From assembly GCA_046350905.1 (NCBI GenBank), contig JAXLZN010000003.1, forward strand, positions 1,673 through 65,672: DNA of 64,000 nt, given 5' to 3'. The notes under the pieces are model-generated. The model ran no database searches, had not been told where the DNA came from, and saw only the letters and a list, made by a program, of their open reading frames with translations. Position numbers and translations under genes: made by a program. The DNA comes from Candidatus Anderseniibacteriota bacterium. GTDB taxonomy: Bacteria > Patescibacteriota > JAUYIX01. Every line of letters begins with the position of its first letter. Position 1 is the first letter of the stretch. Below are positions 57,552 to 64,000 of this stretch, one piece after another.

Positions 57552-58835
57552 CTAGTTCTGCAGCAGCTTAACGGCACGTCGCAGCAGGCTCGGCACGACT
57601 TCTTCCTCCCCCGCTAGCTCGAGCGCCAGGTTGGCGAGGCCCATGGGCGTAATGTCTTCGCGGCCGCGCAGCAGCCCAGTCTTGTCGTGCAAGCTCTTGA
57701 CGTCGGCTGGGTTGATGAAGTGCACGCTCGGCGCCTTGGCAAACGGCAAGCGCTGCCACCAGTCCTTGGCCTCGAGCACCGCCTTGATGTCCGGTAGGTA
57801 CGAGCCACCCCCGCACAGCAGGATGCGGTTGGGGAGCAGGTCGAGGTCGCGGAACTCGCCGAGGCTGAGCTCGACGCCGTCCCGCCACACGCCCGCGTCC
57901 TTACGCAGCGCCTCGCCGACCTTCGTTTTTTGCGCACCGGTCAGCTTGCCCGCGCTGTAGGCCAGCTTGAGTCGCTCAGCTTCTTCAAAGGGTTCGCCGA
58001 GGACGCTCGCGAGACGTTTGGTGAAGGCCCGCCCACCGAGGGCGAACATGCGCGTTCCCTCGATGCCGCCGTTGCGCACTACCGCGATGTCGGTCGTGCC
58101 ACCGCCTACGTCCATAAAGATTGCGCTAAACTCACCTGCATCCTCGAGGCCGGTCGAGCGCGCCACAGCGTAGGGTTCGGCCGCGATCGAGAGGAGGTCG
58201 AGCTCGAGTTCGCGCGTGATGGTTTGGAGCGCACCGAGGTGCACGAGCGGCGCGTAGGCGTTGAAGATCCCGATCTTGACCGTCTTGCCCTGGAACCCGA
58301 TCGGGTTGGTGACCTTGTAGCCGTCGATGGTCACGTCGACGACCGCCGCGTTGATCAGCTTGACGTCGATCTCGTGCAGGCCGGTCTCTTCGGCGAGCTG
58401 GTGGCGCACCTGATCAAAGGCGGTCTGCTGCACCTTGCCGAGGATCGACTTGAGCTCAGGCAGGTCGATGCGGGTCTGGGGGCGGGCGCGTTCGTACCGG
58501 ACGGTCGTGGTGGTGCCTTTGACGAGCTCGCCGGCGATGCCGAGGATGGCCTGCTCGGGTCTGACCCCGGCCTGCTCGGCCGCTGCGTCCAGTGCATCGA
58601 CGCAGTTGCGAACCACGCCCCCGATGTCCGAAACCGCACCCGAGTGCATGTCGCCGAGGGTTTGTGCAGCGCGGCCGACCCCGAGCACGGTGCCGTGCTG
58701 GCCGTCGGGTTCGACCTCAAAGACGAGCGCTTTTACGACGGCGGTCCCCACGTCGAGCGCCACCGCGTAGCGGCTCGCGTCGCTAGGACGTTTGCGGAAC
58801 CGGTCCAAGAGGCTGGGCATAGGAAGTACCCCCAC
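57552..58835 (-). CDS. ftsA: Cell division protein FtsA (actin-like ATPase)
   Basis: ALDVGTAVVKALVFE, FMDVGGGTTDIAVV, LLCGGGSYLPDI. Length and domain order fit FtsA better than PilM or MreB. Confidence 0.8.
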   Translation of the reverse strand: MGVLPMPSLLDRFRKRPSDASRYAVALDVGTAVVKALVFEVEPDGQHGTVLGVGRAAQTLGDMHSGAVSDIGGVVRNCVDALDAAAEQAGVRPEQAILGIAGELVKGTTTTVRYERARPQTRIDLPELKSILGKVQQTAFDQVRHQLAEETGLHEIDVKLINAAVVDVTIDGYKVTNPIGFQGKTVKIGIFNAYAPLVHLGALQTITRELELDLLSIAAEPYAVARSTGLEDAGEFSAIFMDVGGGTTDIAVVRNGGIEGTRMFALGGRAFTKRLASVLGEPFEEAERLKLAYSAGKLTGAQKTKVGEALRKDAGVWRDGVELSLGEFRDLDLLPNRILLCGGGSYLPDIKAVLEAKDWWQRLPFAKAPSVHFINPADVKSLHDKTGLLRGREDITPMGLANLALELAGEEEVVPSLLRRAVKLLQN

Positions 58836-58877
58836 GATACCGCAAGCGGCTCGCGAGACATAGTTTGTTGACGTTCG

Positions 58878-60683
58878 TCAAGCGGCGGCTTTGCGACCAA
58901 CCACGGCCTTGATGCGGCGGATGCCGGCCGAGCTCGACTTTTCTTTGGTGATCTTGAACGCTTGCACGGTCGCCGTGTTGTCCACGTGCGGGCCGCCGCA
59001 GAACTCGAGCGAGTAGGGCTTGCCGCCCTCGACGATCGAGCAGACCTGCACCTTGTCGCCGTACTTGGACTCGAACAGTCCGATCGCGCCGCGCTTTTTT
59101 GCTTCGTCGATCGGCACCACCTCCATCACCATGGGCAGCCCCGCCTTGATCTTGTCGTTGACGATCTGCTCGACGCGCGCGCGCTGCTCGTCAGTCAGCT
59201 TGCTGCCGTAGGTAAAGTCAAACGAGAGCTCGTCATCAAACAGCCGCGAACCGGCCTGCTTGACCGTCGGCCCGAGCACGTCGCGCAGCGCCTGGTGCAG
59301 GAGGTGCGTCGCGGTGTGCGCCTTCTTGACCTCGTCGCCCTGGCCGCCGCCCTTGCGCTTGAACTTCTCCATCGCACCTACGCGCGACAGCTCTTGGTGT
59401 GCCGCAAACGCTTTTTCGTAACCGGCCTCGTCAAACTTCAGCTCCCGCTCCGTCGCCAGCTCGCGCACCATCTCGATCGGAAAGCCGTAGCTCTGGTAGA
59501 GGTCGAAGGCTTGCTCCCCCGTCAGCGTACCCGTCGCAGTCGCCTGCTCAAATAGCTTGAGGCCGCGCGCGAGGGTCTTGCGGAAGGCAGCTTCTTCTGT
59601 GCTCAGCTCGGCGGCGATGGCAGCGGCGTGCTGGCGGAGCTCGGTGTAGTGGTGCGCGTACTGCTCGACTACTACCGCTGCGAGCGTGGCGACGAAGGGC
59701 TCGTGCAGCCCGAGGCGTTCGCCCTGGCGAACTGCCCGGCGGATGATGCGGCGGAGAATGTAGTCACGGCCGTTCTTGCCGGGACGAACGCCGTCGGCGA
59801 TCAGGAACGTAGCGCCCCGAACGTGGTCAGCGACGATGCGGAAGGCGCGGCGGTCGTCGTCGTAGCGCTTGCCCGTCAGCTCAGCAACTTTGTCGAGCAG
59901 CGGCGTAAAGAGGTCGGTGTCGTAGACGCTCGTCTTGTTCTGCAGCACGAGCGCCAAGCGCTCGAGGCCAGCCCCGGTGTCGATGTTCTTGGCGGGCAGC
60001 GGCGAGAGTGCACCGTCCTCAGCCTGAAAGTACTGCATAAAGACGAGGTTCCAGAGCTCCAAGAAACGTCCGCAGTCGCAGTTGGGGCCACACTCGTGGC
60101 CGTCGTTGGGACGGGTGGAGTGCTCGGCGCCGCGGTCAATGTGGATCTCTGAGCTCGGGCCGCAGGGGCCGGACTCGCCCGGCGGGCCCCAGAAGTTTGA
60201 GTCACGGCCAAAGGCGCGGATGCGTTCTTCAGGTACGCCGACCTGCAGCCAAACCTGGCGCGCCTCGTCATCTTCAGCGATCGCGGGCTGGCCGTTCCGG
60301 GCGGGTTCGCCCTTAAAGATTGTGACGTAGAGCTTGTCGGCGGGCAGCTTGAGGACCTGCGTCGCGTACTCCCAGGCCCAGGGGATCGCGTCGGCCTTGA
60401 AGTAGTCCCCGATCGAAAAGTTGCCGAGCATCTCAAAGAAAGTGTTGTGTGATTCGTCACCCACCTCTTCGATGTCGGGGGTACGGAAGCACTTCTGAAC
60501 GCTGGTGTAGCGTGCGTGCGGTGCGTCTTGGTCACCGATGAAGTACGGCGTGAACTGCTGCATGCCGGCGGTGGTCAGCAGCACCGTCGGATCCTTGGAT
60601 ACGAGCGAGGACGAGGGCGCGACCGTGTGGTCACGCTGTTTGAAGAATTCCAAGAAGCTGGAGCGAATCTCGTCAGAGCGCAT
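58878..60683 (-). CDS. alaS: Alanine--tRNA ligase, short form ending after the editing domain
   Basis: MRSDEIRSSFLEFFKQRDH.... Class II core. Editing-site HTATHLLHQAL and CGGPHV. 601 aa, so the C-Ala/DHHA1 part is absent. Confidence 0.95.
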   Translation of the reverse strand: MRSDEIRSSFLEFFKQRDHTVAPSSSLVSKDPTVLLTTAGMQQFTPYFIGDQDAPHARYTSVQKCFRTPDIEEVGDESHNTFFEMLGNFSIGDYFKADAIPWAWEYATQVLKLPADKLYVTIFKGEPARNGQPAIAEDDEARQVWLQVGVPEERIRAFGRDSNFWGPPGESGPCGPSSEIHIDRGAEHSTRPNDGHECGPNCDCGRFLELWNLVFMQYFQAEDGALSPLPAKNIDTGAGLERLALVLQNKTSVYDTDLFTPLLDKVAELTGKRYDDDRRAFRIVADHVRGATFLIADGVRPGKNGRDYILRRIIRRAVRQGERLGLHEPFVATLAAVVVEQYAHHYTELRQHAAAIAAELSTEEAAFRKTLARGLKLFEQATATGTLTGEQAFDLYQSYGFPIEMVRELATERELKFDEAGYEKAFAAHQELSRVGAMEKFKRKGGGQGDEVKKAHTATHLLHQALRDVLGPTVKQAGSRLFDDELSFDFTYGSKLTDEQRARVEQIVNDKIKAGLPMVMEVVPIDEAKKRGAIGLFESKYGDKVQVCSIVEGGKPYSLEFCGGPHVDNTATVQAFKITKEKSSSAGIRRIKAVVGRKAAA

Positions 60684-60688
60684 AGGAG

Positions 60689-61660
60689 CTACCGGTATAT
60701 ATGTATTCCGAGCTTATTGCGCAAGTCCTGCTCAAAGTCACGCCAGTGGCGGGCGAGGTCCGGCTGCGCGTGCTTGCTCTGCCAGGTGCGCAGCATGTCA
60801 CCGATTAGCGCGAGCCGACTTTCGTGCTCACCGATCTCTTTTTCTAGCTGCTTGAGCTCTCGCTGCTCCAGCTTGAGCTTTGATTCCTCGCTACGCTGGC
60901 GGCTAGCACCGACTGAGCTGGTTCGCTCCTTGAGCCGCAGCTTAAAGTTGAGGTCGCTGAGCTTGCGGCGAACCTGTCGCAGCGCGGACTCTGTCTTGGC
61001 GTCCCGCTTGCCAGATCCGGTGGTCAGCTCACGCTCTTCGCGCTTGAGCTCCTCGAGGTCTCGCTCGAGCTGCGTGGTTTCTCGCTCGCCGAGCTGCTCG
61101 GTACGCTCAGAGCGTGCGCTCGCGCGCTCACGGCTACCGAGATCAGCTTCGAGCTGCTTGGCTTCGTTGCGGAGCTTGTTGACCGCGCTCTCTTCGAGCC
61201 GCTTAACCTTATCGAGTTCAACCTTGGCGTGGTTGAACTTCTGCACGAGTGCGTCCTGCTCTTTTTTTTCGTCAGCGGCGTTGGCTCCAGTCGCCCCCGT
61301 AGTCAAGCCAGCCCCGCTCGTTCGGCCACGGCTCTTGAAACCCGCCTGGCGAGCATCGGTAGCTACTTGCTCGGCGAGGCGGCGCTGGCGTACCTCGTCG
61401 GCTGCAGTGCGTTGCTGCTGACGACGAGCGTAGTCAGCCCCAGCCACCTCCTCCTTAGCCACAAACTGCTGCCGGTAAGGTTCGAGCTCACGTGCGCGCT
61501 TCTTTTCCTCACGCAGGATGCTGTCGCGGTAGGCACGCCCCATCTGCTCACCCAAGCTGGACGCGCCCTTCTTGCGCGTGTAGCGACCTTCGCCGGCGAT
61601 GATCGGCGGCTCCTCGCTCTCCTCTTCTGGTCGGGGTGGGTTAGGCGGCGCTTGCAGCAT
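60689..61660 (-). CDS. Hypothetical charged coiled-coil protein (about 323 aa)
   Basis: ATG at 61660 (MLQAPPNPPRPEEE...). Long Glu/Arg/Lys/Leu heptad stretches. The ORF-track start at 61810 lies inside mnmA and is unlikely. Confidence 0.55.
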   Translation of the reverse strand: MLQAPPNPPRPEEESEEPPIIAGEGRYTRKKGASSLGEQMGRAYRDSILREEKKRARELEPYRQQFVAKEEVAGADYARRQQQRTAADEVRQRRLAEQVATDARQAGFKSRGRTSGAGLTTGATGANAADEKKEQDALVQKFNHAKVELDKVKRLEESAVNKLRNEAKQLEADLGSRERASARSERTEQLGERETTQLERDLEELKREERELTTGSGKRDAKTESALRQVRRKLSDLNFKLRLKERTSSVGASRQRSEESKLKLEQRELKQLEKEIGEHESRLALIGDMLRTWQSKHAQPDLARHWRDFEQDLRNKLGIHIYR

Positions 61661-62826
61661 GTGCGGCCAGTGTAGCGCAGCTCTCCACCGAGCGAACCGT
61701 CCCGCCGCCCACGATCTCGTCACCGCGCACCAGCACGAGTGACTGGCCGGTGGCGACGATCCCGACGCGGTCGAGCACCTCGGTAGACCAGCCTGCACCA
61801 GCTTGAGCACCGTCCGTCTTGTGGACTGTCACCATGAATGGCTCCTGCAGTGGGCGGTAGCGGGCCTGGAGGCGCTCGCCCTCGGCGGGCGGCAGCCCGA
61901 TCCACTTGACCCGCTCGAGGTCCACGCGGGCGAGCTGGAGGTGCGGATCGTCCGGGCGATCCGCAACGGTGATGCGGCCCGCGGCGAGATCCTTGCTCAC
62001 GACGTAGTGTGGCTGCGTGGTGGCAGAGCTGGCGGCGAGACCGAGGCCGCGCCGCTGTCCGAGCGTGACGCTGTGGGCGTTGCTGACGGTGCCGAGCTGC
62101 TCGCCAGTCGTGGTGACGACAGCGGCGCGGCGTTCGCCCAGCTCGTCACGCAGAAACGCCGCAACGCCACCCCGTTTTACAAAGCAGATCTCTTGCGAGT
62201 CGTGCTTGGAGGCAGTCGGCAAGCCGAGCCGAGCGGCGAGCGCGCGCACTTCGACCTTGGTCCAACCCCCGAGCGGAAACAGCACGTGCGCGAGCTGCTC
62301 CTGCCCGAGGCCGTACAAAAAGAAGCTCTGGTCTTTACGCGCATCGCGTGCGCGACGCAGGCGGTGCGGTCCCGGTGCGCCGAGGTGCTGGGCACGCCAC
62401 GCATCGACCTCGTCACGTACGGCGTAGTGGCCGGTCGCGAGGTAGTCCGCGCCAAAGACGCGCCGCGCACGGTCGAGCATGATCCCAAAGCGAAGCTCGG
62501 CGTTGCAGGTGACGCAGGGATTGGGGGTTCGCCCCGCGGCGTACTCCGCCAAAAACCGATCGACCACCACGCGCTTAAACTCGTCGGCAATGTTGGCGCG
62601 GTAGAGCGGGATGCCGAGCTGGCGCGCCACGCGCTGCGCATCACGGTACGACTCGAGCGAGCAGCAGTTGTTCTCCCACCCCGGACCGGCCTTGGGGGTC
62701 GGGGCCCACAGTTCGTAGAAGACCGCCGCGACCGAGTAGCCCTCGGCCTTGCAGAGGGCTGCAACGACGGAGCTGTCGACGCCGCCCGAGAGTGCGACGA
62801 CGACGCGCGGTGCGCGGGCCGCTCAT
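61641..62826 (-). pseudogene. mnmA: tRNA 2-thiouridine(34) synthase MnmA, one N-terminal frameshift as assembled
   Basis: ATG at 62826 (MSGPR..), then the PP-loop RVVVALSGGVDSSVVAALC one frame over, with the shift inside 62803-62820. The rest is intact in ORF 61641..62630 (NPCVTCN...). Confidence 0.85.
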
Positions 62827-62835
62827 CACCCGAAG

Positions 62836-63400
62836 CTAACTGATTCCCCTTCTCGGAGTGGCTTGCGACCCGCGCGCTGCGTCGATCGTCCGGAGCGAAC
62901 CGGCGGCGGTACCGGCGGCGTTCGCTTGAGGCGTAGGCATGGACGTGGATCGAGGTTTTTCCAGCGCCTTTTTCACGGGGGCGAGCGCCTCCCGGAGGCT
63001 GACCGGCTTGCCGGTCAGGGAGCGTAGACAGGCCGTTGGAGCGCGCGCCGGCAGGCAAGCCAGCTGGACCGCTACGTGGACGGGCCGCAGGTGCCTTGTA
63101 GGGGTACGGGGCGGGCGGGTTGGCAGGTGCCGTCCCCACGGGCGCACCGGTCGGGCCGACAGGCGCGGAGGGCGATGCCCAGGCGGCTGGCTCAGGTGCT
63201 ACCGCCACGAGCCCCATCTGCTTGAGCCGGTCACGTTCGCGCTGGACCTCGGGCAAGCAGTCCTTGCAGTAGACCGGGCGGAGCGGATCAGGCTTGAAGG
63301 GTACGTTGATGACCTTGTTGCAGACGTGGCAGACCGCGTTGAACTGCGGACGGTCGTCGACCCGCGGTGCGACCTGCGCTACGGGCGTCGCAGCACGCAT
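62836..63400 (-). pseudogene. CxxC-x17-CxxC zinc-ribbon protein with Pro/Ala-rich tail, frameshifted as assembled
   Basis: ATG at 63400: MRAATPVAQVAPRVDDRPQFNAVCHVCNKVINVPFKPDPLRPVYCKDCLPEVQRERDRL.... The tail continues in another frame (…GKPVSLREALAPVKKALEKP…GIS*), ending at TAG 62836-62838. Confidence 0.6.
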
Positions 63401-64000
63401 CACCCGAACGCACGCGCGGGGCGCCGCTCGAGCCTGGCGGTAGGTTGCTGCGACCAAAGGCCAGGTCCTCAAAGCTGCGGCCAGCCCAGCGCTTGATCTT
63501 ATCCTCGACCTCGGCACGGGGGCGGCCGTAGCGTTCGCGCGAGACGGCGACCACCTTGGGGCGGTTGCCGGTGCGGTACTGCTCGAGCCGCGGCAGGGTG
63601 GTGGCAGAAAAACCCGGGCTGGTCAGCCCATCGATCATGAGCTTGAGGTAGATGTGGTGGGCTGGCAGGTTGACCAGGTCGGTCTGCAGAAAGCTCGGGT
63701 CGAACTCCGGCTCGAGCGCCTCAGCGTCCGCGGCGCCGATGCGGAAGCACACGATCGTGCCGACGTTGCCGAAGACGGCGTAGCGCACCTCCTCAGACAT
63801 CTGCTCGATGTACTGGTGCGCCATGGTCAAGTTGAGGCGGTACTTACGCGCCTCGCTCAAGATCGTGGCAAACGACTCGGTCGCAAAGTTCTGGAACTCG
63901 TCGACGTAGAGGTAGAAGTCGCGGCGCTCTTCCTCTGGCACGTTGGCACGCGACATAGCCGCCAGCTGGATCTTGGTGATCATCATGGCGCCGAGCAACG
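63288..64000 (-). CDS. VirD4/TraD-like coupling-protein-family ATPase, second paralog; 5' part beyond window end, 3' end uncertain
   Basis: …ITKIQLAAMSRANVPEEERRDFYLYVDEFQNFATESFATILSEARKYRLNLTMAHQYIEQ… aligns colinearly with residues about 620-800 of the 13800..16232 protein. The last ~60 codons of the ORF overlap the CxxC gene and are probably out of frame. Confidence 0.8.
   Translation of the reverse strand, partial: LLGAMMITKIQLAAMSRANVPEEERRDFYLYVDEFQNFATESFATILSEARKYRLNLTMAHQYIEQMSEEVRYAVFGNVGTIVCFRIGAADAEALEPEFDPSFLQTDLVNLPAHHIYLKLMIDGLTSPGFSATTLPRLEQYRTGNRPKVVAVSRERYGRPRAEVEDKIKRWAGRSFEDLAFGRSNLPPGSSGAPRVRSGDACCDARSAGRTAGRRPSAVQRGLPRLQQGHQRTLQA

Noticed and set aside
62177-63517. 446-aa ORF presented as one protein
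   Set aside because: Only about 60 codons (the CxxC zinc ribbon) are in the correct frame. The remainder overlaps mnmA in a wrong frame and is Arg/Ser/Pro-rich.

Overview
GC-rich (by eye about two-thirds G+C), very gene-dense bacterial chromosome segment with about 70 genes, mostly on the minus strand and often joined by ATGA/GTGA start-stop overlaps.

Content is mainly housekeeping:
- Ribosomal/rpoA cluster: infA-rpmJ-rpsM-rpsK-rpsD-rpoA-rplQ-rplM-rpsI.
- Aminoacyl-tRNA synthetases: cysS, serS, lysS, proS, alaS.
- Replication: dnaX, dnaB, holB, recR, ybaB.
- Cell envelope and shape: murT-gatD, murA, ddl, ftsQ, ftsA, two mreB copies, mreC, mreD, PBP2.
- Also two ABC-2 exporters, frr, rseP, mnmA, folD, greA, a dTDP-rhamnose cluster and one tRNA-Gln.

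Accessory content:
- A surface protein of more than 990 aa that runs off the left edge and is absent from the ORF track.
- Two VirD4/TraD-like coupling-ATPase paralogs with small partner genes.
- A GT2 synthase-like glycosyltransferase.
- A low-GC patch of about 2.7 kb carrying a VanX/DdpX-like dipeptidase, ddl and an unknown gene.
- A second low-GC orphan gene upstream of mreB.

Several traits suggest a small-genome Patescibacteria/CPR-like organism. These are the short AlaRS, archaeal-type ProRS, Lys/Ala-rich N-terminal extensions on S9/S11/IF-1, ftsA without ftsZ, and a CxxC zinc-ribbon protein. This is inference only.

I found no rRNA, CRISPR array, transposase or integrase.

The most striking sequence-level observation is that frameshifts are not random. 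One 7.3-kb block (about 29.95-37.3 kb) and three shorter blocks are riddled with +/-1 indels that break essential genes (lysS, serS, rpoA, rplM, rplQ), while long flanking stretches are clean. This most likely reflects unpolished consensus sequence rather than biology. It means several long ORF-track proteins are chimeras.

I did not recognise a clear-cut new system. The best candidates for follow-up are the VirD4-like modules, the ftsA plus 570-aa membrane protein pair, and the low-GC ddl/dipeptidase patch.
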